A stretch of 64,000 bases of DNA from an uncultured Elusimicrobia bacterium (GCA_963702895.1 OY969767.1:2660540-2724539), one strand, 5' to 3'. Positions 29,932 to 39,315 are shown, counted from the stretch's first letter. Notes: generated by a model not told the origin, from the sequence alone. Made by a program: numbers and translations.

Positions 29932-29984
29932 ACTACTGACTGACCGGTCAGTCAGTAGTATACCTGTCGCCAGGGCCCTGTCAA
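29932..29984 (-). promoter_or_regulatory. Sigma70 promoter overlapped by a perfect 28-bp palindromic TetR operator
   Basis: TTGACA (29984-29979), 16-nt spacer, TATACT (29962-29957); palindrome ACTACTGACTGACCGGTCAGTCAGTAGT at 29932-29959. Confidence 0.85.
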
Positions 29985-30151
29985 GGAGAGAATGGGCTTC
30001 AGAAAGGCCGCTTGGGCCTGTCTGGACGGTGCCGTCTTTGGCCTTGAGGCCTTCATTATGACCGGTGTCATAGTGTCGAGGTGCGGAGCGTGTTAAAAAG
30101 GGGCTGTCCCACGGACGGCCCAGCTCGTCGTCCCTCTGGCGAACGATCCCC

Positions 30152-31390
30152 ATGATTTTGCCCCCACGCCAGCGGTCGTTGTGGTTCACCCTTGCGCTTG
30201 CGGTGATTCCCCTGGCGCTGGCCATCGGATCGGCGGGAGTCCTGATGCGCTATCGTCCGCCCCGGTCTTTCTCCGAACTCCTTCCCAGCGACAACCCGCA
30301 GGTGGCGCCCGCGCGCTACTGGAGGACCGTTTGCGCGGGCGTGCAGTGCACGCTCTGCCCCTGGCGGTGTTTCCTTCCGGAAGGCGCGCGCGGCCGCTGC
30401 CGCGTGCGCCTCAACTCCGGCGGCAAGCTCGTGACGCTCGTCTACCGGAGTCCCGTCAGCGTCCATATTGACCCCATTGAAAAGAAGCCGGTGTTTCATC
30501 TCCTGCCGGGAACGGGCATCTATTCCTTGTCCACCGTCGGCTGCAACCTGAGCTGTACGTTCTGTCAGAACTGGGAAATCTCTCAGAGCTACCCGGAAGA
30601 GGTGCGCGATGAGACCGTCATCCCGCGCGGGGTCCGAATCGTGGGCGGAGCCGACGGCCGCCCGCAGATGGAAGTCCTGCAGGACCGCGCGCGGAGGCTC
30701 TCCCCGGAGGAGGTCGTCCGCGCCGCCAAGAAAACCGGCTGTCGCTCAATCGCCTACACCTACGCGGAGCCGGTGGTCTTCTTTGAGTATGTCCTGGAAA
30801 CCGCGCGCCTGGCGCACGAGGCGGGTCTTAAAAACGTCATGGTTTCCGCGGGTTATATTGAGCCGGAGCCGCTCGCGGAGCTCGCGCCCTATTTCGACGT
30901 CGTGAAAATTGACTTGAAAGGGTTTGATGAACAGTTCTATCGCGACACCGTCGGCGGAGAGCTGCGCTTCGTGCTGCGAACGCTGCTTGAGCTCAAGAAG
31001 CACCGGATCATGACCGAAGTGGTGAACCTCGTCGTTCCCACGCTCAACGACCGGGACGAGGACTTTGGGCGCCTGGCCCGCTGGATCAAGGACAACCTCG
31101 GGGCGGAAACGCCGCTTTTCTTCAGTCGGTTTACGCCGCAGTACCGCCTGCAGAACCTCCCGGCCACGCCGATCGAAACGCTCGAGCGGGCCCACAAGAT
31201 CGCGCGGGAAGCGGGACTACGGTTCGTTTATCTGGGCAATGTCCCGGGCCATCCCGCGGAATCGACCTACTGCCCGCGTTGCGAGCGCGCGCTCATCCGG
31301 CGCCATGGCTATGCGGTCCTGGAAAATCACATCGGACCGGACGGAAGATGTCCATCTTGCCGGAAGAAAATCCCGGGCGTCTGGAGCTGA
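30152..31390 (+). CDS. amrS: AmmeMemoRadiSam system radical SAM enzyme with N-terminal hydrophobic anchor
   Basis: CTLCPWRC, DPIEKKP, GCNLSCTFCQNWEISQ (CxxxCxxC), IAYTYAEP, DLKGF, VYLGNVPG, C-terminal CPRC/CPSC. Confidence 0.93.
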   Translation: MILPPRQRSLWFTLALAVIPLALAIGSAGVLMRYRPPRSFSELLPSDNPQVAPARYWRTVCAGVQCTLCPWRCFLPEGARGRCRVRLNSGGKLVTLVYRSPVSVHIDPIEKKPVFHLLPGTGIYSLSTVGCNLSCTFCQNWEISQSYPEEVRDETVIPRGVRIVGGADGRPQMEVLQDRARRLSPEEVVRAAKKTGCRSIAYTYAEPVVFFEYVLETARLAHEAGLKNVMVSAGYIEPEPLAELAPYFDVVKIDLKGFDEQFYRDTVGGELRFVLRTLLELKKHRIMTEVVNLVVPTLNDRDEDFGRLARWIKDNLGAETPLFFSRFTPQYRLQNLPATPIETLERAHKIAREAGLRFVYLGNVPGHPAESTYCPRCERALIRRHGYAVLENHIGPDGRCPSCRKKIPGVWS

Positions 31391-31407
31391 TGGGGAACTA
31401 CAATCAA

Positions 31408-31539
31408 GCCGTCACCCCGGCGAAAGCCGGGGTCTATCACAAATAAGAACAGCTTGATGGATCCCGGGTCTCCAAACAACAGGCGACCCGGCCCGCCGGA
31501 CGTGTGGAGGGCCGGCTTACGACATGCCGGGATGACGGC
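31408..31539. repeat. GTCAYCCCGGC-type element, copy 2, with nested 48-nt insert
   Basis: Ends GCCGTCACCCCGGCGAAAGCCGGGGTCTA and GCCGGGATGACGGC. Confidence 0.8.
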
Positions 31540-31589
31540 ATAGACGTGTACAACTAGCTTTGATGATAATCTCTCGATAGAGGAATGCT

Positions 31590-33098
31590 ATGAACCATCT
31601 TCTCGCTATAGGCGTTGTTGCTTTCTGTGGTTTGATCGCACCCGCCGCTGCCGCTGCGAAGCCCATCGAGCGGCCTCCGGCCGTGGCCGGGCAGTTCTAT
31701 CCCGAAGACCCCGAAACGCTGCGTTCCGTCGTCGACGCCTTGCTGGCCCGTGCCCCGCGCCATACGCTGGAAGGCGATGCGCCGGTCCTGGTGGTGCCGC
31801 ATGCCGGCTACCCCTATTCCGGCGCGGTCGCCGCCGAAGGCTTCCAAGCGATCACGCAAGACCCTGAGACGATTGTGCTCGTCGGCCCCTCCCATCACGT
31901 CCGCTTGGACGGCGCAGGGCTCTTTGCTTGGGGGTCTTTTCAAACGCCGCTCGGCGTTGTCCCGATTGATCAAGCCCTGGTGCGACGGCTCCGGGCCGCC
32001 TCGCCCGTCTTCAGCGAGAATGCCGCGGCACATGCCGATGAGCATTCCTTGGAGGTGCAGCTCCCCTTCTTGCAGCGTCGTTTTAAGAATTTCCGAATCG
32101 TCCCGATCGTGATCAACACAGATGACGTCGGCATTGCCCGGAAAGTCGGCCTGGCGATTGCCGAGGCCATTCGAGGACGCAAGGCGCTTCTCGTCATTTC
32201 CACGGACCTCTCGCATTATCCGCCGAGCCATACAGCGCGCGCGATCGATGAAACTTTTCTGCGGGCCCTGGAGCGTATGGATCCGGCGTATTTGAAGCTC
32301 ACCGGCGAGTGGCTCATGCGCCGCGGGGAACCCGGGGAAGCGACGGTTGCCTGCGGGGAAAGCGCCCTTTGGGTCGCGATGACCGCGGCGCGCGCGCTCG
32401 GCGCCAAGCGCGCGCAGTTGCTGCGCTACACCAACTCGGGGGACGTCATGCCGGAAAGTGCCAAGCGCGCGGTCGGCTACGCGGCACTGGTCTTTGTGCG
32501 TCCGGGACGCTCTCCTGGCGCAGGCCATCTCCCCCCGACCACCTTCAAGTTGGCGGAAGGGACAAAAAAACAGCTTCTGGCCGCCGCGCGCGCCTCCATC
32601 GCCGACGCCCTCGCTGGGAAAGAATTCGCCTTCGAACCGCTGCAGGCCGACCGCGCGCTCAATCTTCCGGCGGCGGTGTTTGTGACGCTCACCCAGGGCG
32701 GACGCCTGCGCGGCTGCATCGGGACCACCGTGCCAAACCTGGGGCTTTGGGAGTCAGCACGCTATTACGCGCGCTCGGCCGCCTTCGAGGACCACCGCTT
32801 CCAGCCGCTGGCCCCGGAGGAACTCGCCCGCACGCACATCGAAATTTCCATTCTTTCCTCTCCCCAGCAGGTCGCGAGCGCCGCCGCGATCACGCCAGGC
32901 CGTGATGGGGTCGTTGTGCGCAAAGGGGACCGGTCCGGCCTTTTTCTCCCCACGGTCTGGGAGCAGCTGCCGAACAAGACGAAGTTTCTCGAAGAAGTCT
33001 GCTCGCAAAAGGCCGGCCTTTCACGAAATTGCTGGAAGGATCCTACGGTCGAACTTCAGACCTTTACGAGCGAGGTGTTTGCCGAGTCCGGGACGTAA
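31590..33098 (+). CDS. amrB: AmmeMemoRadiSam protein B (MEMO1) fused to protein A (AMMECR1), with signal peptide
   Basis: RPPAVAGQFYP, PHAGYPYSG, GPSH, EHSLEVQLPF, STDLSHY, then FVTL...LRGCIG, AAFEDHRF, GLFLP. Confidence 0.92.
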   Translation: MNHLLAIGVVAFCGLIAPAAAAAKPIERPPAVAGQFYPEDPETLRSVVDALLARAPRHTLEGDAPVLVVPHAGYPYSGAVAAEGFQAITQDPETIVLVGPSHHVRLDGAGLFAWGSFQTPLGVVPIDQALVRRLRAASPVFSENAAAHADEHSLEVQLPFLQRRFKNFRIVPIVINTDDVGIARKVGLAIAEAIRGRKALLVISTDLSHYPPSHTARAIDETFLRALERMDPAYLKLTGEWLMRRGEPGEATVACGESALWVAMTAARALGAKRAQLLRYTNSGDVMPESAKRAVGYAALVFVRPGRSPGAGHLPPTTFKLAEGTKKQLLAAARASIADALAGKEFAFEPLQADRALNLPAAVFVTLTQGGRLRGCIGTTVPNLGLWESARYYARSAAFEDHRFQPLAPEELARTHIEISILSSPQQVASAAAITPGRDGVVVRKGDRSGLFLPTVWEQLPNKTKFLEEVCSQKAGLSRNCWKDPTVELQTFTSEVFAESGT

Positions 33099-35178
33099 GG
33101 AAATAGAAGGCTAGAGCGAGGCTCAGCGTGAAAGCGATCAACAGCAGCGTCCGCGGGTGACCGAGAAGCGGAATGAAGAAAAGGCCTGAAAGAAGGGCCC
33201 CGGAGGCGGATCCCCAAAGGTCGGCGGCATAGAGCGTTCCTGCCTGGTCCGGCTCAAGAGCAACGGCCAGCGCGAAGGAAGACCCGACCAGGAAGCCAGC
33301 CAGAGCAAGAAGGTTCCCGAAGACCGCCAGCGGCTGCGAAAGCGTCAGAAGCATCGGCGCTTTCCAGGCAAGGATCACGCCAAGAGGAATGAGCGCGGCG
33401 CTTGCGAGCACGAGAAGCCGTGCGGGACGAGCCGGCTTGCGGTAGGCAAAGGCAGCGCTTCCGGCGGCCAGGCCCCCCATGAAGGCGGCAAAGAGGACCC
33501 CGAGTTGCCAGTAGAGGCTCCCGGAGGCGGCCTGGAACATGAAAAGGAGAACCATTTCAAGCGACATTCCGGCAAACCCGACAGCCCCCAGCACCAAGCT
33601 CTCCGGGGGCAGGGGCCCGGAAGCGCGCCTGCGCCAAAGCCAGCGCACCAGCGCCAAAGAGCCAAGGAACGCCGCGGCCAGGCCAACCAGCGGCCCGGGC
33701 CCCGCCAGCTTGGCAAGCCACACGCGCCAAAGATGGAAGAGTGAAACGGGCCAGAGATCGCTGTTGATTTTTGCTGGCCCGGCGTCCTGAAGGCGCAAGC
33801 GCAAAGCGTTCTTGCGCTCCGGGTGCAGGACCCAGGCGAACATCTCCGGCACCAGAAGCCGGTTCCGGATCTGGCGAAGGTTGTACCGCTTGGCCAGCTG
33901 TTTTGGATCGAGCGGAATCGGCCGGTCGCTGGCAAGCACGATCAGCCGGGACCCGGGAATTTCCTCCACAAAGGGAAACACCTGGCCGGCCGTGCGCAAG
34001 ATGCAAGCGTCGATGTAGGCAAGCTCGGGCGGCAGATAGTTCTCGGATGAGGCAAGAGTGAATGCGAGGACCCCATGGGAGCGCAGCGCGCGGTGGGCCT
34101 CGGCGAAGAACTCCGTGGTGAAGAGCCGGTTGAACGCGGCATTCTGAGGCTCCGGCATCGCCTGCACGATGACGTCATAGGTGTCAGGGTGGCGCTTGAT
34201 CCAGAGACGGGGGTCGCGGCGATGCACGTGGAGGCGGGGGCTCTCCGGGATTGGGAGGAGCTCAAGCGTCGCCGGATCGGGCGTCACCAGATCAACGGAC
34301 TCCACCGGGTGCTTCAGGATTTCACCGGCGGCGACGGCGGCGGGGGTTCCCAGCGCAAGCACGCGTCGCGGCGCGGGATGCGCCAGAAGCGGCCAGTGCA
34401 CAAGGTCCTCCTGGGCCGCCGGATCAGGGTAGTGTGTTGAGATGGCGCCATTTTCAAAGAGGATGCGCAGTTCCCCGAGGCGGGCAAGGAGCACATGCTG
34501 ATAGGGCGTCTCCCGCTGGCGGACGATATCATAGTTCCGCCACTGGAGCCGGCGGCTCTGGAAGTCGAGTGTTCGGGAGAAGCCGCTCAGGAGTACGGCG
34601 CCGGCGAGGAACATGCCCATGCGGCGGCGCGATGCGCGTGGGGACAGAGTGAGCGCCAGAAGACACAGAAGCATGCCGCCCGCGGCCAGCACCGTGAAGC
34701 CGTGCCAGCCGCGAAAGAAAAAGAGCGCCGAAAGACAACCGCCGGCGAGTGCGCCCAGAGATTCCCAGAGGTAGATACGTGCGGGGCCGAGGGGGCCGTG
34801 GGAGGCCGCCGCAAGCGCAGCGCCCTCGACAAAGACCGCTCCCAGAAGCCAGCAGGGAAGAGCAAGTAGTACAAAGGGTAGAATTACCGTGGTGAAAAGG
34901 CCGGGGAGTTCACCGGCCGGAACAAGCTGTGAAGAACATCGGATGAGCAGCACGCCGAGCGGCGCGGCCAGGGCGAGCATACCCAGGCGCACAGGAAAGA
35001 CGCGCTTCGGGTCGGACGAGCCGCCGCGCAAGGCGCCGGCGCCCGTTCCGAGGAGCCAGGCCGACAGGGCGACGCCGAGCGCCATCTCCTGGCCCAGGAA
35101 GAGGACCGCAAGCTCCCGAAAAAGGACCGCCTGGGCCAGCATCGCGTAGCTGCCGGCACAGAAGAAAAGGAAAGTCAC
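33064..35178 (-). CDS. Membrane protein with central spermidine-synthase-like domain (fused MFS/spermidine synthase type); start uncertain
   Basis: Multi-TM N- and C-termini; ETPYQH, HPAPRRVL, YDVI, NRLFTTEFF, LYAADLWGS. ORF is open up to 35271. Confidence 0.8.
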   Translation of the reverse strand: MTFLFFCAGSYAMLAQAVLFRELAVLFLGQEMALGVALSAWLLGTGAGALRGGSSDPKRVFPVRLGMLALAAPLGVLLIRCSSQLVPAGELPGLFTTVILPFVLLALPCWLLGAVFVEGAALAAASHGPLGPARIYLWESLGALAGGCLSALFFFRGWHGFTVLAAGGMLLCLLALTLSPRASRRRMGMFLAGAVLLSGFSRTLDFQSRRLQWRNYDIVRQRETPYQHVLLARLGELRILFENGAISTHYPDPAAQEDLVHWPLLAHPAPRRVLALGTPAAVAAGEILKHPVESVDLVTPDPATLELLPIPESPRLHVHRRDPRLWIKRHPDTYDVIVQAMPEPQNAAFNRLFTTEFFAEAHRALRSHGVLAFTLASSENYLPPELAYIDACILRTAGQVFPFVEEIPGSRLIVLASDRPIPLDPKQLAKRYNLRQIRNRLLVPEMFAWVLHPERKNALRLRLQDAGPAKINSDLWPVSLFHLWRVWLAKLAGPGPLVGLAAAFLGSLALVRWLWRRRASGPLPPESLVLGAVGFAGMSLEMVLLFMFQAASGSLYWQLGVLFAAFMGGLAAGSAAFAYRKPARPARLLVLASAALIPLGVILAWKAPMLLTLSQPLAVFGNLLALAGFLVGSSFALAVALEPDQAGTLYAADLWGSASGALLSGLFFIPLLGHPRTLLLIAFTLSLALAFYFLTSRTRQTPRS

Positions 35179-35182
35179 AGCA

Positions 35183-36352
35183 ATGATTGTAGCGCGAAAA
35201 TCGTGGATCACCAGCCTTGCTTTTGCCGTCGTCCTTGCCGGGACACTCGCCGCACTCGCCCTGCCGCGCATCGCGGGCTGGCGCTTGGCGGTGGGTTACG
35301 CGCTCTGGTTTGGAGGGGTTGCCACCGCGGGCTTTTTGATGCTCTCGACCGGGCGGACGTCGCGCTGGCGGGCGATGGTCTTCATCGCGCTTGCCTGGGC
35401 TTTCGTTCTCCACTTTAAGGCGTTTCTCTTCGGCCTCGGTCAAAGCCGGTTATTTTCTCCGGAGATCCAGGAAGTCCCGTACTGCCATATCGCGATCGCT
35501 TCATCCTTTCTGAACACACTTCACCAGCAGTTCTTAGCTCTGCGGAGCGGCGCTTGGCCTGCTTGGGGTCCGCTGGGCTTCGGTGCGCTCTGTTGGCTTG
35601 CCTTAACCTTGGCCATCGGCCAGGCTTGGTGCTCGTGGGGTTGTTTCTACGGCGGGTTGGACGAGGGCTTTAGCCGCCTCTTGCGGCGTCCGTTATGGCG
35701 GCGCTTCCAGCTGCCGGCGCGCTGGCGCGATCTGCCGGCCGCGATCCTCTTGTTTTCGCTGCTTGCTTCCCTCACCGCTCTCCTGCCCATCTTTTGCCTC
35801 TGGATGTGCCCGCTCAAAGTGACGACCGCCTTCCTGGACACCTATGGTCCCACGCGCCTCCTTCAGATCATTTTCTTTTCAGCGATCGGCGTTGCCGCGC
35901 TCGTCGTGCTGCCGCTCGTATTAAAAAGGCGGGTGTTCTGCGGGCTCCTCTGTCCCTTCGGCGCCTGGCAGTCCTTTTTCGGGCGTGTGAATCCCTTCCG
36001 GGTGACGCTTTCCACAGAGATCTGCACGCAATGCCGGCAATGCCTGAGTGCCTGCCCCACCTTCGTATTAGACGATGATACCCTGCGAACGGGAACGATC
36101 AGCGCCTATTGCAACCGCTGCGGGGAATGCATCGACGAATGCAACACAGGCGCCATGGCTTATACGCTCTTGGGCAAGCCCCTTCGATCCCATGCGCCGT
36201 CTTCCAATCCGAAGGAGCACGGGGCCATCGCTCAGCACATCCTTGAGCTTTGGGACGCGCGGGTGATCTTTCTTTTCGCTGCGCTCGTCATGACGGGCGC
36301 CGTGGGAAGCTTGTTTGTGCCTTCGGTCATCGTGCGACTGCTAGTGTGGTGA
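35183..36352 (+). CDS. Membrane 4Fe-4S binding protein (NapH/FixG-like polyferredoxin)
   Basis: WCSWGC, FCLWMCP, FCGLLCPFG, CTQCRQCLSACP, CNRCGECIDEC. Confidence 0.88.
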   Translation: MIVARKSWITSLAFAVVLAGTLAALALPRIAGWRLAVGYALWFGGVATAGFLMLSTGRTSRWRAMVFIALAWAFVLHFKAFLFGLGQSRLFSPEIQEVPYCHIAIASSFLNTLHQQFLALRSGAWPAWGPLGFGALCWLALTLAIGQAWCSWGCFYGGLDEGFSRLLRRPLWRRFQLPARWRDLPAAILLFSLLASLTALLPIFCLWMCPLKVTTAFLDTYGPTRLLQIIFFSAIGVAALVVLPLVLKRRVFCGLLCPFGAWQSFFGRVNPFRVTLSTEICTQCRQCLSACPTFVLDDDTLRTGTISAYCNRCGECIDECNTGAMAYTLLGKPLRSHAPSSNPKEHGAIAQHILELWDARVIFLFAALVMTGAVGSLFVPSVIVRLLVW

Positions 36353-36613
36353 TTCCAACATATCTTGATTTATGCGGGAGCGATTTTGTCCCAGCGGCAA
36401 GGCGCGAGGAGCGAGCAATGCTGAAGCATTGTAAGCGACGAGCAACGCCGACGATGGGCAAAAGCGCCCCGCCCTCTGGGAAGGCCCATCTTTGGCCGGC
36501 TTCTGCGTCGCTCCTTCTCGAAATACCTGAAGGTATTCCATCGTCGTCGCTCCTTGAATCCGTCTCAAATCTGGGCCTTCATAAATCAAGATATGTTGGA
36601 ATCACCACACTAG
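36341..36613. mobile_element. MITE with perfect 34-bp inverted ends (including CTAG target duplication)
   Basis: CTAGTGTGGTGATTCCAACATATCTTGATTTATG at 36341-36374 and its exact reverse complement at 36580-36613; non-coding structured interior. Confidence 0.88.
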
Positions 36614-36626
36614 AGGCGGTGGGGCG

Positions 36627-37292
36627 ATGACCGGCGTGTGGCTGGAAGGCTTCGGCTTGGGAATCGCCACCGGCCCCTACTGCTTCACCGCCTGCGCGCC
36701 GCTTCTGGTGCCCTACCTCATGGCAGAAGGACGCCAGGTTTGGAAAGGCAACTTCCTGCTGCTCCTGGAGTTTATGGCAGGACGTCTGGCGGCCTATCTC
36801 TTGATCGGGGCCATGGCGGGCCTGGTGGGAACGCGATTCTCCGGGCAGCTCCCGCAGGGGCTCTTAAGCGCTGCCATCCTCGTCTCGGGCGTGTTGATGC
36901 TTCTAGTGGCCGCGATGAAGCTGATGCCGCGCCAAAACTCCGGAGAGAATCGCGCGGCTCGGTTTTGGAGCGCAGCGCCACTTGCCCTCTGTCATTGGGC
37001 AAGCGGCTCGCGGTGGGTCCGCCGAATTCCTTTTGTGCTGGGATTTGTCGTGGGGGTGAACCTTTGCCCGCCGTTTGTCGCCGGCCTTATGCGTGTGCTT
37101 CAGCAGGGACATCCCGGGTGGGGCGCGGCTTACTTCGCCGCTTTCTTCGTGGGGACAAGCCTCTATCTTTTGCCTGTCATGGCGCTGGTCCCCGTTGTAT
37201 TCCAGAAGCGCGCTTCGTTCGTCGGGTCCCTCGCCTGCGCGCTCACCGGCCTCTGGTTCACGGTGCTGGGAGCGGCTGGGTTGCTCCGGTAG
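36627..37292 (+). CDS. DsbD_2/TauE-like thiol-containing membrane protein
   Basis: GPYCFTAC, GRLAAY..IG, NLCPP, FFVGT. Confidence 0.8.
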   Translation: MTGVWLEGFGLGIATGPYCFTACAPLLVPYLMAEGRQVWKGNFLLLLEFMAGRLAAYLLIGAMAGLVGTRFSGQLPQGLLSAAILVSGVLMLLVAAMKLMPRQNSGENRAARFWSAAPLALCHWASGSRWVRRIPFVLGFVVGVNLCPPFVAGLMRVLQQGHPGWGAAYFAAFFVGTSLYLLPVMALVPVVFQKRASFVGSLACALTGLWFTVLGAAGLLR

Positions 37293-37351
37293 GACCGCAT
37301 CGGGGAACCGGCGAAACGGCGACCCGGCGAGACAATCAGACAGTCGCGCCA

Positions 37352-37520
37352 GAAAGAATGAGACGGTTGACGGAAAGAGTGAGACGGCTCCTCGAAGAAC
37401 GAGACGGTTCCCCCGGAAAGAATGAGACGGTTGACGGAAAGAGTGAGACGGCTCCTCGAAGAACGAGACGGTTCCCCCGGAAAGAATGAGACGGTTGACG
37501 GAAAGATTGAGACGGTTCCC
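37352..37520. repeat. Tandem repeat with 64-nt period (about 2.6 copies) built of ~21-nt GAGACGG subunits
   Basis: GAAAGAATGAGACGGTTGACG starts at 37352, 37416 and 37480. Confidence 0.9.
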
Positions 37521-37562
37521 CGTTCCGCCAGCACGCCGCTGCGCCGGTACTCCGTTACCCCG

Positions 37563-39005
37563 TTACTCCGATACCCCCACACGACACTTCTTGGAAATGC
37601 CGCGGAGCATCCCGATGAAAATCCACTTGTGGAAGGGATAAAGAAGAAACCAAGCCCAGATGCCCCAGACGCCGATGGGGTCGAAGAGGGCCGTTTGCCG
37701 GATCCGTGAGCCTTCGGGGACCGGGTCCACTTCAAACTGGAGCCACGCGCGACCCGGCAATTTTAGCTCCGCCGCCAAGAGCAGCAGCCGATCGGCCTCG
37801 TAGCCCTGAACGCGGTAAAAATCCACGGTATCACCCACGCGCAGCCATTCCGGATGGCGCCGGCCGCGGCGCATTCCGATGCCGCCCACGAGAAGATCAA
37901 GGTAGCCCCGCAACCGCCAAAGCCAAGTGGCGAAGTACCATCCGGTGGTGCCGCCGATCTGGCGGATCACCCGAAAGGCGACGGACGGAGGATAGGGCAC
38001 CGTCACCGTACGGCTGTCCACAAGGCGTGTGCCGAACCAGGGGCCTTCCCAATCTTTCACCGGTCCCGATGACGAGAGCGCGTCCGACCAATGGGTCTGC
38101 GCGAGTTCATGATCTTCGTGGATGAGCGCTCGCTCAATGGCCTCGCGAAGGCCGCGGGGTTGAACCGTGAAGACTTCCGCCGACTTGTCACGGACAATCG
38201 ACGCGTGCTGGATGCCCCGGATGAGTTGACGTCCAATCCGCGTGTAGAGCGGCGTCACGAGGCCCAACCAGAGACTGGACAAGTGCGGCGTCAAAAAGGG
38301 AACGGAGATCATCACGCGCTTGAGTCCCCGCTGGCGCGCGTATTCACGCATGATGCTTCCATACGAAACGATATCCGCGCCGCCGATTTCAAAAACTCGG
38401 TTGCCTGTGCCTGGGAAGTCCAGAGCCGCCACCAGATAATCCAAGACGTCTTCAATCGCGATGGGTTGCGCCGGCATCTCGACCCAGCGGGGCGTGACCA
38501 TGATGGGGAGGCGCTCCACGAGCGCCCGGATCATCTCGAAGGAGAGACTTCCTGATCCGATGATAATGGAGGCGCGAAATTCCAGCGTCTGCACGCCTGA
38601 ACGGCGCAGGAATTCCCCGACCTCATGGCGCGTTTGCAGGTGGGGTGACAAGGTCTTTCCGTGATCGGCCAGTCCCCCCAGGTAGATGATCCGGCGGACC
38701 CCGGACTGCTGGGCGGCTTGAGCGAAATTGAAAGCGGTTTGCCGCTCCATGCGTTCAAAGGACCCGCCGGCCGCGAGCGAATGCACGAGATAATAGGCCG
38801 TATGCACACCCTCCATCGCCGGCTCAAGAGTCGAGGGTTTGAGCAGGTCGCCCTGAACGATCTCGGTCGTGGGAAGCGCGTGCGACCGAAGCATCTCCGG
38901 CCGCCGCACGAGGCACCGCAGGCGCGCGCCGGAGCGCTCCAGCCGCTGGAGGAGCCGCCCTCCGACATAACCGGTCGCCCCGGTCAAAAGGATCGTTTTA
39001 TTCAT
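37563..39005 (-). CDS. NAD(P)-binding SDR-like oxidoreductase with DUF2867 domain (YbjT-like)
   Basis: TGATGYVG, YYLVHS, RASIIIGSGS, IGG..GW, LPGRAWL. Confidence 0.9.
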   Translation of the reverse strand: MNKTILLTGATGYVGGRLLQRLERSGARLRCLVRRPEMLRSHALPTTEIVQGDLLKPSTLEPAMEGVHTAYYLVHSLAAGGSFERMERQTAFNFAQAAQQSGVRRIIYLGGLADHGKTLSPHLQTRHEVGEFLRRSGVQTLEFRASIIIGSGSLSFEMIRALVERLPIMVTPRWVEMPAQPIAIEDVLDYLVAALDFPGTGNRVFEIGGADIVSYGSIMREYARQRGLKRVMISVPFLTPHLSSLWLGLVTPLYTRIGRQLIRGIQHASIVRDKSAEVFTVQPRGLREAIERALIHEDHELAQTHWSDALSSSGPVKDWEGPWFGTRLVDSRTVTVPYPPSVAFRVIRQIGGTTGWYFATWLWRLRGYLDLLVGGIGMRRGRRHPEWLRVGDTVDFYRVQGYEADRLLLLAAELKLPGRAWLQFEVDPVPEGSRIRQTALFDPIGVWGIWAWFLLYPFHKWIFIGMLRGISKKCRVGVSE

Positions 39006-39093
39006 ACGATTTCGAGCTATGGCTATAAGCGACTCGTGGTCTCGAAGCGCGGGTCAGGCACACGTCAGAGGAACGCGAAGAGATGGGACGTGC

Positions 39094-39303
39094 CTACGCT
39101 TTGGGTTTGGCGGTGCTGATGTTCAGGAGCTTATAGAGAAAGCAGAACCCTAACCAGCCGCTGGCGAGGATCGAGATGGCTACCATCAGCAGAAGCAATT
39201 TGGGGACCATGGTTGGAACAAAGTATAAGACAACTCCGATCAGAACAATCCCTACGAGGATCCGGACGATTCGGTCTAATTTTCCCACATTGCATACTCT
39301 CAT
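39094..39303 (-). CDS. DUF2892 membrane protein
   Basis: CNVGKLDRIVRILVG...GFC.LY.LLNIST. Confidence 0.88.
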   Translation of the reverse strand: MRVCNVGKLDRIVRILVGIVLIGVVLYFVPTMVPKLLLLMVAISILASGWLGFCFLYKLLNISTAKPKA

Positions 39304-39315
39304 GAGAGGCTCCTT

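Noticed and set aside
36250..36630. 126-aa ORF across the MITE
   Set aside because: Chance read-through of the element that ends in the displaced LEAVGR* tail; no transposase motifs.
37352..37520. CRISPR array
   Set aside because: The intervening sequences repeat with a 64-nt period instead of being unique spacers, and no cas genes are present.
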